Shown here one piece after another: positions 34,876 through 48,937 of a stretch of DNA of 64,000 nucleotides. The notes beneath the pieces were generated by a model. The model did not search any database. It worked only from the letters and a program-made list of their open reading frames with translations, and was not told where the DNA came from. The stretch comes from Eledone cirrhosa (lineage: Eukaryota). The DNA lies in contig OZ024745.1 in assembly GCA_964016885.1 (NCBI GenBank), positions 103,974,001-104,038,000 on the forward strand. Reading direction: 5' to 3'. Position numbers and translations under genes: made by a program. Positions within the stretch are counted from its first letter, which is position 1. Each line of letters begins with the position of its first letter.

Positions 34876-37800
34876 ATATATATCAAATTCTCTACCCACA
34901 CAAAATCATTTTTCTCACTATTTAACATATGAGTGTGCACTCTGCTTTCCTTTAGACTGGTGTCTTAATGATACTGGCATAATTAAAGCATTGAGTGAAT
35001 AGGAAAATGATTGAGGATTTATCCGAAAGGGCCTTTGCAGCATAGAGTTACGGTCCTTTACAGTCTGAGTTCAAATCCCGCCAAGGTTAACTTTGTCTTC
35101 CATCCTTACAGGTGTCGATAAAATGAAGTACCAGTAATGTACTGAAATAATTGGTGGCCTTGTGCCAAAAGTAGAAACAATTATTATTATTATTATTATA
35201 ATATATATATATATATATATATATTAATAGTAATAATAATAAGTGTGAAGACTAAAATCCAAAGAGGGCTCGATAAGGATAAATATATATCAAATATATA
35301 AGAATCCCGTTAAGGATGAAAGCAGCGATTCTTTGCTTAAACTTTAATCTGTTATTTTAATAAATATATATATATATATATATATATTTAGAAAACCCGC
35401 CAGACAGTCCACGCTGTAATGTGGCCGTGTAGGCAACACGGTAAAAACCTCCCAGCCCCACACTGTAAATGTGGTTGGTGTTAGGAAGGGCATCCAACTG
35501 TAGAAAACCCGCCAGACAGTCCTATGCGAGCAAGACAACCACTCTTGCCTCAAGTGGGAAAACTCCCGTCCAAACCCATGCAAGCGTGGAACATGGACGT
35601 TAAACGATAATGATGATGATGATGATATATATATATATATATATATATTAGGTTATGCAAGAAATGCTTAGGATTATCCTGAATGCAGTAATGGTTAATT
35701 ACTACACTAGATAGAGTTGACGTACGGTGAGGGGTTACTCAATGAGTTATGGAAGAATAGTTGAAGAAACTCAGTTTCTGATCCTTCTGTATTCCGGAGT
35801 GTAGATAAAGAATGAATAATAACAGGTAGACATCATCATCATTTAACGTCCATATTCCCCGCTTGCATGGGTTTAAAAAAGGTAATTTAGTCCGAGTGCT
35901 TACAAATGTTTTAACAGTAGTTATACAGTTTAGTCATGCTATGTGCAAATTGGTAATTATTTGTAATTATTTGCAGAAACTCAATTTTCAAATGCTTCTT
36001 CTACCGTTTCCTCACAGCAGAATGGTTAAAATGTAAATACCCTTGTATTTCTTAAAGGAAGTCATTGGGAAAGATAGAGTAGAAAAGGAAGAGAGAAAGA
36101 AGGGGAGGGAGAGAGAGAGATAGAGAGAGAGAGACAGACAGAGAGAGAGATAGAGAGATATGAAATGGGACAGTGGTTTGAAGAATACAGATAGCTTAAT
36201 CAAAATGTTGTGGTAGGGGTTTTATTATATTGTTTATTCTCAAAGTGACAACCTTAGGCTTTGTGCTGATATAGTCAAGTTTGGAATTATTTATTGCCAC
36301 AGAGAGCAGGTTCATAGATGTGGAGAGGGAGGGAGGTAGACTGAGGGCGAGAGGGAGAGAGAGAGAGGAAGGGTGAGAGAAAAAGAAAGAGAGATAGAAG
36401 ATGAAAGCTACGTGATAGGGGTACATCAAGTTCATAGTTGTAGTCTACAAATCGCACTCAAGTATCCGTTTATAATGATAAGCAGGGTATTGTCTTGTAT
36501 ATTTATACACACACACACATATACATGAAGACATTTCAGACGACTACATAATAGATAATTTACCCCAAAAGAACTATTCCCATTTTTGAATTTTCTGAAA
36601 TATATTATCTTACACAGATATATTGTCTTAGATTCATAAAGAATGAGAAATACAAGGCTGGGACATTGATGCTTTTCCCAAGTGCATTAACATAAGTGGA
36701 GCTGTTGCAGATAATTAGGCTAAACTATAATACGGAAAAAATTAAAACTAACATACTTAAATGAGAGGCTTGCAAAAATGTACCCCAGAATTTACATTAT
36801 AATGTATTCCAAAATGAAATTATTTTTATTAATATGGAGGAGGAGGAGGAGAAGCAGTTCTCATATTTTTTCAGACTCTCTTGGGTGAAGTAGAAGGAGT
36901 TAATGTTCAATTTAAACTCTTGTAGGTTAAATGGAGACACATGGATTAAGAAGGAGGATGTTTCTGAAGGAAAACTAAACATAAGGGCTTAATACTGGGT
37001 CTTTTGGGGGTGAAATAAAGTAAATATAATAGAGAGAGGAGAAGGAGAAATGTAAATGTGGAGTGGATTTAGATACACATGGCATTTAGTTGGTAAGTAG
37101 GGAAACAGTCCAGAGTCTGCTTGTATATAATGGTTGGCAAATCAAAATGACTGAGTTGATATAACCTAGGACTTTCTTCTTTCACACATAACTCCTGATG
37201 GACAGCATGTCTAGGACACTTTAGATGTGGCAGAAGACATCCCCCTCTCTGGGTTTGAATACAGTTGACTTCTTCCAGAGAAGGAAAGGAGTAGTGAGAA
37301 AAAGGAAATAAAAAAGATGAGATACAGAGAAAAGAAATCGACCCCAGTACTGGGCTAATACTTTATTTATTGACCTTGAAAGACCAAAAGACAAAGTTGA
37401 CCTCAGTGGGTTTTGAACTCAGAGTATAGAGAGCTGGAATAAATACCACAAACTATTCTATCTGATGTTCTAACAACTCTGCCAATTCACTGCCTATACT
37501 CAACAATATGCAGTTTATTGCATATTTACCCCAAATGCTTGATCAGGAGTGTTTCAGATTTTGGGTTTATTGTATATTTTACACCTTTTAAATGTATCAA
37601 CTTGATGGTGGGACTCAAGTATAAACTCATTGTGTTTGAAGCATTGTGTAAAGTGTACACAATAGTGTGTTCCATTACATGTCTACAGCAATGCAAATGG
37701 AACATTAAATGGTAAAAATAATGATAACAAAGATCTTGGAATGTTACTTTGGAGCTGTTTAATGGTGCTTAGTATTTTGGGATAAAATCTCTTCATCAAA

Positions 37801-38838
37801 AGAAGAATCAAGGAGACTAATTTAGAGCAGGATATCTCATGTTGTTCTTATACAGCACAAGAAGATATTTTAAAATATAAGAACTACTGAACAACCCAAA
37901 GGTAACATTCCAACATATTTGTTATCATTTTTAACACTTAACCCTTTAGCATTTAAACTGGCTGTATACGGCCATAACTCTCTCACCTCTTTCTGTCCAA
38001 ACAGGCCATAACCGGCTGCTCATACTTATGTTAAGGTATTGTTCTCAAAATAAATAATTGTTTCTACTTTTGGCACAAGGCATTACAGTGCATTACTGGT
38101 GCTTTATTTTATCGACCCTGTAAGGATGAAAGGCAAAGTTAACCTCGGCGGGATTTGAACCCACGTTATGAATGTAGGTCTAACACACTTACCACTAAGC
38201 TATGTGCCACCACTGTCAGAGTATAGTAAAATCTACTATCTCACATACTTTCCTTTCTTTTTTCGCACTTTATGATCATATCACGCCTTCATATCACATT
38301 TAAATAAATAGTTTTGTATAGGTCCTGAGAAAAATGATTTTCAATAACAGCTTCTGCTTGCTGATAGTACTATTGTTAGGTGGTAGTGGTAGTGTCATGA
38401 GAAAACAAACATGGTACAAGCCATGAGGAGGTTGGCATTAGGAAGGGCATCCAGCCATAGAAACTATGCCAAAATGAAACGTATAGGCAAGACAGTTGTC
38501 TGACATGCCTGTCTAGCTTCAGAGTGTGACATGTCTAATCCATGCAAACATGGAAAACAGACATAAAACAGTAATGATGATGAATGTGTGTGTGTATTTG
38601 TTAGTGTGTATGTGTCTATGTGTTAGTGTCTGTGTCTGTGTGTATGTATCTGTGTGATATGTCTGTACTTGTGTGTATGTATCTGTGCCTGTGTGTATAT
38701 GCCTGTGCATGTATGTGAGTGTTGAGTAAGTATATAAGTATATAACAGCAGAAAGAAGGGCAGAAGACTAGAAATAACTGCAAAAAAATAATAAATAAAT
38801 AAATAAATAAACAAATAAATAAATAAAACGGGACTCAC

Positions 38839-38985
38839 CTGTATAAGACTTAATACCTTCTCTTGCACAACCGGAGGAGGATCATTCTTTGGTCCAATTA
38901 TTTTGATTAACTCATGAAGAAACTCTTTATTTGCGACTTGAAGGTGAAATCTCTTACCACAGTTTTTTACACAGGTCTCCAGCAA
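38839..38985 (-). CDS. TOM1L2: TOM1/TOM1L2-like exon (VHS): [49 protein letters not shown]
   Basis: tttttag acceptor, GTGAGT donor, 147 nt, phase 0-0. LETCVKNCG is the VHS signature. Confidence 0.96.
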
Positions 38986-41907
38986 CTAAAAAGAAACGAA
39001 GCATTCAAATAAATTAAAGAGATATGTGTAATAGAAAGTAGTTGAAAAAGGATTAACAAATGCAGAGATTGCCAAAAGGCTTCCAGCAACAAATTTTCCT
39101 ATTGACAAAAGAAGGAAATTGGTTTACATAAAAAAAGGATTAAATAATTTATTCATAGTGGGTACAGATTTCAGTTACCAAGGACTGTCAAGTGTTATTT
39201 TAAGATTCTTAGGAAGACTAACAATAAAAGGTGGGAGCAAAATCAGTATTTAAAGAAAATAAATGTTCCTTGTGTAATGACATTCACTAATATTGTTACC
39301 TGAAAGTGTATTTGTAATAAGAAACTAGGCCTTTAGATTATGTTGGTAAAAGATACAGAACTAACATTATTTCAATAGGTATGTAAAAGGATTTCTTGTT
39401 TCTCTGTCATATCTTCTCTCTCTCTCACACACACCCACACACATATATATATACACACATACTTACATACATGTAATGTAGCTGGCATTAGGAAGGGCAT
39501 GCAGCTGTAGAATCCAAGTAGAAACTGTTCTGTATGAGCAAGACACCGTCACCTGACCTGACTTGCCTCAAATGGGACAACTCATTTAACCCATGCTAGA
39601 GTGGAAAATGGATGTTAATGATGATGATGACACACACACACACACACACATACATACATATACATACACACCCCACCACATAAAACACTACTAGAAGACC
39701 ATTCTGGGTTGGATGGGACTTTTTGAAGCAGTTTTACAGCCTGAAGCCCTTCCTACCAACTCTGTTAGTCACTTCTTATGACATGCAGGGATACAGTATG
39801 TATATATCTATATCTCTCTCTCTATATATATATATATATACATATATATATACCTATTCTAAGCTGGATACACACAACTCTTATTGCATGCAATAACTAA
39901 GATCTGAGCAAAACTTTTTTTCCCCTTTCTTTCAAAGCAACAACACAACTAAGCTGACCATGCTCGTAATATAGTTTCACATCGAACATATTACTTCATT
40001 GAAACCTATCTATGTTGTAAAAATAAAGCAAGAGAGGAGAAAGAGAAAGGGAGAGAGACAAAGATAAAGAGAGAGAGAGAGAAAAAAGGGAGAGGAGAGG
40101 AAAAAGAGAAAGAAGGAAAAGAAACAGAAATAGAGAGAGAAAGAAAAAGACTGATAGAAGGTAGCAAACATTCTATCAGTCCTTTTCTCTCTCTCTATAA
40201 GGGAGTAAAGAAGAAGATAGCTAATAAGAAAAAGACGCAACAACAAAGCTAACACAAATTTTAGTGGTTGTTTGATTGCTATTAGAGCGACTGTCACAAA
40301 AGACAAAAAATTTAATCTGCCACAAGGCTAATATAGCTTAAATTAGGATTAATGCAACTATTCAAGGACAAAGATAAAAAGAATAAGGAACGACTTGTGA
40401 AATTCTTTGTTAACTGCAAATGGATTAATAGGGTTGGGCTTAGATTGAAATAGATTTTTTAAAAGATGATCAAACCCTTTCATTTTTTTTGTTTTGTTTT
40501 GTAGTCTCTACATTTGCCATTTAAACATGCACACCTTCACAGGTTTTTTTCAAGCTAACTCAGAAAGTATTAGAGCTAGCTTCAGTTTTTATTGATTTTT
40601 CTTTTTCTTTTTATTTATCTATTTTTATTAAGATAAAGTACTAGTAATGCACTGGGATAATTGCTGGCCTTATGCCAAAGTAGAAATAATTAATTATAAA
40701 TCAGATAATCGGGATATCTGACTTTCAATTGGAAAGTTTGGATCCCATTAAAAAAATGTTTAAGTTTTTGAAATACCAATCAATATTTGATTTTCTATTT
40801 TCTATGTTTTTTCTATAACAAGAATATTGATTTTTTAAATTCTTTTATTAGTTAATCAGGAAGGCAGGACAGTGTCGATGACCCTATTTAGGGCTTCTGA
40901 AACTGATGGGAAGAAGGTATCCTCAAACTGGAGATATGGCCTGATTACTTGCAACAAATTGGATTCCACAAAAGATACCCAAGGGCCAGATAGTGATGTT
41001 GGGTTAAGTCTACCACCCATGTAGGCCAAGATGGGATTTAAACTTGAAAGTATCAGAACAAATATGGCAGAGCATCCCATTTGACATTCTAATGATTCTG
41101 CCAGCCTACCACCCTAGACTGGTATTTTATTTATTGACCCCAGAAGAAGAGTTGTAATATTTCAGTTGTAATATTTCTATCTGTCAAGGTTTGCTCCCTT
41201 TTTGATCCTCTTTGGGGTCTTGTGATATGTAACCTTTGTGCACCCATCTCATAGGTTGTAGGCCTATTGTCAGGTAGAGCCTGTCCTTCTCCAAATTGAG
41301 AAATCACAGTTCTGACACTACGGACATGTGGTTAGAATGTCTAAGAAAAGAATTGCTGGATAGGTTTTGCAGACAAAACCAACTAGCAGGAGACCCAGGG
41401 ACAGACCCTGAGCAAGATAGTTGGATAACATCCATGAGCTCAGCTGATTTCACTTAAGGATCCAGCTGAATCATTTGGAGATGGTTGCTTCCGACAAGAC
41501 CCTCTGGATATCTAAAAACTCAAAAGCCTAAGGACCAGACAGATTATTAATATACCCATAAAATACCTTGGAAATGTTTGCTTCTGAAAAGCCCCCGGGA
41601 AAGTGTGCCTGAGGATTTTGCCTCCACGACCCGCCCAGGAATAGCAACAAGGTTGAACTCAAGCCCAAGTATAATGGTGTAAAGAAGTGTGAGTTATTCA
41701 AAATGTTCTGTATGATTCTTGTCTTAAAACTTTTATGTAAATGAGAAAAAAATGGATGTGCAGAATCAAAGCTCATCAGTTGTAAATAAACATTACGTTG
41801 ATCTCTGTGATAGCCAAGCTGGCAGTCTTGGACTGTCAAAATCCTATGTGAGGGAAACTAGTCCCAAATTATGGGTGAAGAGGATTCAGGAATATGCACA
41901 TACTAAG

Positions 41908-44706
41908 GATCAATAGAGGTAGTTCGAGTTAGTAATCAAATAATTAAGCTTAGATTAGTTGTAGGCAGGAGACTACTGACAACCATCTCTGCCTATGCTC
42001 CCCAAGCAGGCCTAGGCAAAGAAGAGAAAGACTGCTTTTACGATCAACTTTTACAAACAACCGCAATGACAGAGGACAGAGACATCGTTATGCTAGCAGG
42101 GGACTTCAATGGTCATGTTGGACAGCTCCAGGATGGTTACACTGGGGTACATGGTGGGCACGGTTACGGCTCAAGAAATGAAGAAGGAGTGAGACTTCTT
42201 GAATTTTGTGATGCAAGTACACTGACTATTTGCAACACTAACTTCCAGAAACCTGCCAACCACCTAATAACCTACAAATCAGGCGAGCACATAAGCCAGA
42301 TTGACTTCTTACTAGTTAGGCAGCGGGACAGGCAGATGGTGTCTAATACCAAGGCATACCTTGGAGAAGAATGTACCCCACAGCATAGGTTAGTCATTAG
42401 TGATATCTTAGTAAGCAAGAGATGGAATGAGACATACAGGAAGGTGTGGAGAAGAAAGGTCTGTAAGCTAAAAGACCTTTCACTAAAATACAAATTTAGT
42501 AAAGCCCTTCAAGATGTGTATGACGAAAAAGAAAACGATTTAGAGACGTATGGCATAGATAATAACTGGAATTTCTTACGTGACAACTTACTGCAGGCTA
42601 CTGATGAAACTTCTGGCTGGAGCAGAGCTCCAACCAGACAGAGAGTGACCTGGTGGTGGAACAGCACAGTAGATAAGGCCATTAGAGACAAAAAACTAGC
42701 ATGGAAGGCTTGGAAAAAGGGTGGGAGTAGAGAAGGATATACAGCCGCTAAGAGAGAAGCTAGATGTCAGGTGTACTTAGCACTCAGGAAGGCTGAGAGT
42801 AGTAGGTTTGCCAATGTTCTGCGACGGGAAGATCAGAGGCATGCGGTGTTCATACATTGCAAGACAGTGTGCCAATGCAAATCAGGATGTTGTTGGACAT
42901 TAAATGTGTCCGGAATGATGTTATGTACTTAGTGTCACAAATGATCAGAAAAAGGAGGCCCGGAAATCTCATTATAAGAGACAGATGAATCTGGAGAATG
43001 AATGGGAGAGAGAGAAATTACCCTCAGTAGATCCGACAGAGGGACCAGCTATTGAGATTGACGAATATAGGGTCCAAGAGGCGATTAAGGAAATGAAAAA
43101 TGGTAAGGCTGCTGGACCATCGGGGATAGTTGCTGAGATGCTGAAGGCATGAGGGGACGTAGGCACTAAACTGGTTGCACGCATCATCAATCAGGCTATA
43201 TATGGTGGTGTCATACCAAAAGTCTGGTGCAGCAGTATTCTCATAAATTGCTACAAAGGTAAAGGGGATGCTCTGGAGAGGAGCAATTATAGGGGTATAA
43301 AACTGATGGATCAGGTTATGAAAGTGGCAGAAAGGATATTAGCACAACTAATTAAAGAAAGGGTCAAACTAGATGAGATGCAGTTTGGTTTTGTGCCTGG
43401 GAAGAGTACAACAGATACCCTCTTCTTGGTGAGACAATTACAAGAGAGGTTCTTAGAGAAAAATAAGCCACTATACTTAGCCTTTGTTGACCTTGAGAAG
43501 GCCTTTGATAGGGTACCCCGCTCTGTCATCTGGTGGTCCCTAAGGAAACTAGGTGTTGAGGAATGGCTTGTGAGGACAGTGCAAACTTTGTACAGAGGTA
43601 CTGTGAGTAAAGTGAGGGTAGGAACGGAGTTTAGTGAGGAATTCCAGATACAAGTAGGAGTACATCAAGGTTCGGTCCTCAGCCTGCTCTTGTTCATTAT
43701 AGTCCTCCAAGCCATAACAGAGGAGTTTAAGACTGGCTGTCCATGGGAACTTCTCTATGCTGACGATCTGGTTCTTATAGCAGAATCAGTAGAGGAGCTA
43801 GAGAATAAATTCTGGCTATGGAAACAGCAGTTGGAAGCAAGAGGACTGAGAGTGAACCTAGCTAAGACAAAAGTGTTGATGAGTAGAAAAGAGGACAAAA
43901 CTCTGATTCCATCAGGGAAATAGCCATGTTCGATATGCAGAAAAGGAACTGGCATAAATTCTATAAAATGCACACAATGCAGATCCTGGGTACACAAGAG
44001 ATGTAGTGGGATAGCAGGCAAACTAACAGGTAGGGAGAAATACGTATGCAGTAGATGTACAGGGAAATTAGACAGTAGAAGTCGCATTGATAGACACATT
44101 TTTCAAATGCAGGCAGGTGCTATAGAAGTGGTGGATAGCTTCCGGTACCTAGGAGATCAGATTAGCATGGGAGGGGTGTGGTCCGAGGCCATAGTATCTA
44201 GAATAAAGACGGGTTGGAAGAAGTTTAGCGAGCTGCTTCTTCTGCTGACAAAGAAGGGTTTCTCCCTGCGTACGATAGGCCGGTTATATGATGCCTGTGT
44301 GAGGAGCGCGATGCTGCATGCTAATGAGACATGGACAGCAACTACAGAGAATATGCGACGGCTGGAGAGAAATGAGGCAAGCATGCTCCGTTGGATGTGC
44401 AATGTCAATGTGCGTGAACGACCCAGCATAAATGTGTTGAGAGAGAAACTGTGTCTGAGAGGCATAGAATGTAGTGTGCGGGAGAGGAGACTGAGGTGGT
44501 ATGGACATGTGATGCGCATGGAGGATGACCGATGGGTGAAGAAGTGCCAGGAAATGCCAGTTGAAGGAAGACGTGATAGAGGTAGACCACGAAAAACATG
44601 GGCGGAGGACCGTGACAAGTGGAGAGATGCTGTGCTGAATAGGACCCGTCCCACCCTTGCAAGCAGGCAAAAGCGGACGTAAAATGATGATGATAATGAT
44701 GATGAT
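41908..44706 (+). mobile_element. Decayed, 5'-truncated copy of the 26307 RTE
   Basis: Colinear with 26632-29470. It has a frameshift near 42850-42930, stops at about 43150 and 43921, and a deletion near 44607. Confidence 0.95.
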
Positions 44707-44721
44707 AAGAGAACAGCTTTT

Positions 44722-45008
44722 TGAAGTGGCTTAATGGTTAGTGTTGGATTTACAATCATGATGTCATAGGCTCCATTCTTGATTCAGGTGGCACATTGAG
44801 TTCTTGAGCAAAACACTTACTTTCATGTTGCTTTAGTCTACTTAGCTGAAAATGAGCATCAACTATAGTGGGGGAAGAGGGAATACCCTGTAATGGACCA
44901 GCATCCTCTCCAAGGAATGGTAGTAGTCTTGTGCTCTCAGTCACTTAACAGCAATGAAACTGGATTAAGTAGTGGCCTCATGGACCTCTGGGCTTGGGAC
45001 AGACTTCA
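44722..45008 (+). mobile_element. Old tRNA/CORE-like SINE with a third tail type
   Basis: gtggcttaatggttag..., ttcttgagcaaaacactt..., then ccctgtaatggaccagcatcctctccaagg. Confidence 0.65.
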
Positions 45009-46044
45009 GCTTTTTTTAAAAGTTAGTCTTATGCACTACTCCAAATCCCTGTACTACTTGACAGCAGGACTTTGCTACAGGATGTTTTTCTACTGATAAT
45101 GCCTGATTATGCTCAAAGGAAGGAGTAGTTGGAAGTAGTGAATCAAAAGAATTATTCTTAAATCGGAGTTCTGGTCTGAATGCTTGCAACAAGAGCTCTG
45201 CTAAATGTAAACAAGGGCAAGAGAGTAGTGATAAATCAAGTGAAGTGTTATGCCAACCACTCCCTAAAATGGAGTTCCCTCTCTAACAGTCATGTTTTAT
45301 CATAATATCAGCACTAGAAGTTGTCTTACAGTACTGAGATCCTCTGTGTTGATCATTTTCATTTTAGAATGTTCAAGCCATTGCATAGGCTGCTTTCACT
45401 TTATGATAACTCAGGATTTGGAATATAAAATTTGTAGCAGCCTGTTTTTCTCCCCAAGAGGTATTTGAGATACAGTAAAACATTGGAAAACATGAAGCTA
45501 ACCTATTTGTTCTTTACCATTTCTCACATTCACAACTAAAGGAATAAAGCTGTCAGTTTATTTGACTCATTGACTTTAAAGTCTAAATGCCATCACAGAA
45601 GCAATACTGGAGTGTTTGGCAAGCTACTTAACTTTTATCATCATCATTATCACCATTTTATGACTATTTTCCATGCTTGGATTGGTTAGATGAGTTATCA
45701 TGCTTGCATGGCAGGTTAGACATGTCTTGCTCATACGTAACATTTTGGCATGGTTTCTACAGCTGGATGCTTTTCCGTTAGGAAAAGCATCCAGCTGTAT
45801 GATATGTACCAGGTTAGTTTTCTTGTGGTACAACCACTATTTGACAGCGTGGACTGGGGTCTTTTTTACAAGACATCAACACTACCACTTTACAGAGTGG
45901 GCTGGGTGCATTTATTGTGGCACCAGTACTGTTATTTCATTTTAGTTTGCCTGGCTGTAAATCTGGAACTCAACAGTGATAATGATAAGAAAGAAATGAA
46001 GAAATGAATAACAAAAGGAAGAGAAAAAAAACAGAAATACTTAC

Positions 46045-46129
46045 AATAAGAGTGTACATGACGGCCGCGTAATTCTTGCCAGCATTCTGTTGCAGCTTTT
46101 TCTTTATGGCACGTATTGCATCTTTTGGT
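46045..46129 (-). CDS. TOM1L2: TOM1/TOM1L2-like exon (VHS domain): (G)PKDAIRAIKKKLQQNAGKNYAAVMYTLI
   Basis: ttccag acceptor, GTAAGT donor, 85 nt (phase 2 to 0). The peptide matches the TOM1-family VHS motif GPKDAxRAxKK. Confidence 0.93.
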
Positions 46130-46604
46130 CTGGAAGAAAAATAAATATGCAATATTAAAAGTAGCTCAAATATATATATATAAAAAAACCTTGTAGCTAA
46201 ATTAGTGGTATACACAGATGCCGAACGTGACTGTTTAAATAATATCAATAAATTGTTCTGGTAAAAGCCTCATTATTTCCTGTCAAAGAGTTATTTACCA
46301 GTAGATAGTACTTTTAGTATCAACTTATAATACAAATTACATGCTCCTATTGACAAATTCTCTCCCAACACTCTTGCATATGAAGCTTGTAGTTTTGAAA
46401 ATAAAGCAATACTGATAATTCTAGTGCACAATCTGAATTTTAAATAAGGAGAGATATTTTCTGAATCAAAATAATAAAATGTGTATGAAATATAAGTATG
46501 ATGATTGATCAGATATGTAATATTTGTGAGGAATTTGTTTTAAATTTGGATGTATTTTACCTAAACATGTAAAATTTGGAGAAAATTCTGTCAGCATAAC
46601 AACA

Positions 46605-48177
46605 AAGGCCTGGAAATGTCATTTTGAGACACTGATGAATGTGGAGAACAAATGGGAGAGAGAGAGAAATTACCTCCAGTAGATCCGACAGAGGGACCAG
46701 CTATTGAGATTGACAAATATAGGGTCCAAGAGGCGATTAAGGAAATGAAAAATGGTAAGGCCGCTGGACTGTCGGCGATAGTTGCTGAGATGCTGAAGGC
46801 GTCAGGGGATGTAGGCACTAAACTGGTTGCACGCATCATCAATCAGGCTATATATGGCGGTGTCATACTCAAAGACTGGTGCAGCAGTATTCTCATAAAT
46901 TGCTACAAAGGTAAAGGGGATGCTCTGGAGAGGAGCAATTATAGGGGCATAAAGCTGATGGATGGGGTCATGAAAGTGGCAGAAAGGATATTAGCACAAC
47001 TGATTAGAGAAAGGGTCAAACTAGATGAGATGCAGTTTGGTTTTGTGCCAGGGAAAAGTACAACAGATGCCCTCTTCTTAGTGAAACAATTACTAGAGAG
47101 GTTCTTAGAGAAGAATAAGCCACTATACTTAGCTTTTGTTGATCTAGAGAAAGCCTTTGATAGAGTACCCCGATCTGTCATCTGGTGGTCCCTAAGGAAG
47201 CTGGGTGTTGAGGAATGGCTTGTGAGGACAGTGCAAGCTTTGTACAGAGTGCTGTCAGTAAAATGATGGTAGGAATGGAGTTTAGTGAGGAATTCCAAAA
47301 GTGTTGATGAGTAGAAAAGAGGACAAAACTCTGATTCCGTCAGGGAAATGGCCATGTTCGATATGCAGAGAAGGAACTGGCATAAATTCTATAAAATGTA
47401 CACAATGCTGATCTTGGGTACACAAGTGATGTAGTGGGAGAACAGGCAAACTAACAGGTAGGGAGAAATACGTATGCAGTAGATGTACAGGGAAATTAGA
47501 CAGTAGAAGTCGCATTGATAGACACATTTTTCAAATGCAGGGAGGTGCTATAGAAGTGGTGGATAGCTTCCGGTACCTAGGTGATCAGATTAGCATGGGA
47601 GGGGGCGGGGTGTTCCGGGGCCATAGTATCTAGAATAAGGACGGGTTGGAAGAAGTTTAGGGAGCTGCTTCCTCTGCTGACGAAGAAGGGTTTCTCCCTA
47701 TTTACGAAAGGCCGGTTATGATGCCGGTGTGCGATGCTGCATGGTAGTGAGACATGGGCAGCAACTGCTGAGGATATATGACAGCTGGAGAGAAATGAGG
47801 CAAGCATGCTCTGTTGGATGTGCAATGTCAATGTGCATGAACAGCTGAGCATGAATGTGTTGAGAGAGAAACTGTGTCTGAGAGGGATAAATTGTTGTGT
47901 GCAGGAGAGGAGACTGCGATGCTGTGGACATGTGATGCGCATGGAGGATGACCGATGGGTGAAGAAGTGCCAAGAAATGCCAGTTGAAGGAAGACGTAGT
48001 AGAGGTAGACCACGAAAAACATGGGCGGAGGTGGTGAGATCAGACTTCAGATCGCTGAAGCTCACGGTGGAGATGACAAAGGACCATGACAAGTGGAGAG
48101 ATGCTGTGCTGAATAGGACCCGTCCCACCCTTGCAAGCAGGGAAAAGCAGACGTAAAATGATGATGGTGATGATGAT
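46605..48177 (+). mobile_element. Decayed RTE copy with an internal deletion removing the QG/YADD region
   Basis: Colinear with 27680-29470 but jumps from gaggaattcca to aaagtgttgatg at about 47298. Confidence 0.95.
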
Positions 48178-48928
48178 ATAATATATACATATAATAATTG
48201 TTTCTACTTTAGGTACAGGGCCAGCAATTACCCAGTGCATTACTGGTACTTTATTTTATCGACCCCCGTAAGGATGAAAGGCAAAGTCAACCTCGGCGGG
48301 ATATATACATATAATAATGGGTATAAATTGAAGTTGTAGCTGCAGTATAACAGATATATATATATTAAACTGGTCCTTTTGATGCCACAACAAAAAGTGC
48401 TCAGCCCACACAGTAAAGTGGTCATGTTGCTGACATGACAAAAGAGAAAAAACGCCCAGTCCACACTGTTAAAGTGGTTGTGTAGGTGTCATGACAAAAA
48501 GTGCCCAGCCCACACTGCAAATCTGATTGGCGTTAGAAAAGGCATCCAGGCATAGAAACCAAGCCTAAATCAGTTCTGCATGAGCAAGACACGGTCATCT
48601 GATCTGACTTGTTTCACAACAACTCGTATAACACATGCTAGTGTGGAAAAATGGACGTTAATTGATGATGATGATGATTATTATTATAATAGTGTGTGTG
48701 TGTATGATGATGATGATGATGACAATATATACAATCATTTTCTGAACACAGAAAACTTTCATGACACTGAAATATAGTTATATAGGTTAACTGTTTAATT
48801 TTCTTATGAACTTACACATTGCCAATGTTAAGGTGGCTATCTATTACTAGTTGTGTTGTTAAGGTTAGGAGAGATCGTTAAACTAATTGCATTTATATCA
48901 ATAGTCTAGCACCAAACTCTTTACTCAC

Positions 48929-48937
48929 CCTGCTTCT
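48929..48937 (-). CDS. Candidate 9-nt microexon (AGAAGCAGG) of the TOM1-like gene
   Basis: Minus strand reads tttgttcttttttattttattatttttatatattag|AGAAGCAGG|gtgagtaa. It would preserve frame in the phase-2 intron upstream of exon 46129. Confidence 0.5.

Noticed and set aside
36760-37300. Possible very old CR1/L2-like fragments (also about 14380-14830)
   Set aside because: Composition is suggestive but I could not recover diagnostic motifs by eye.
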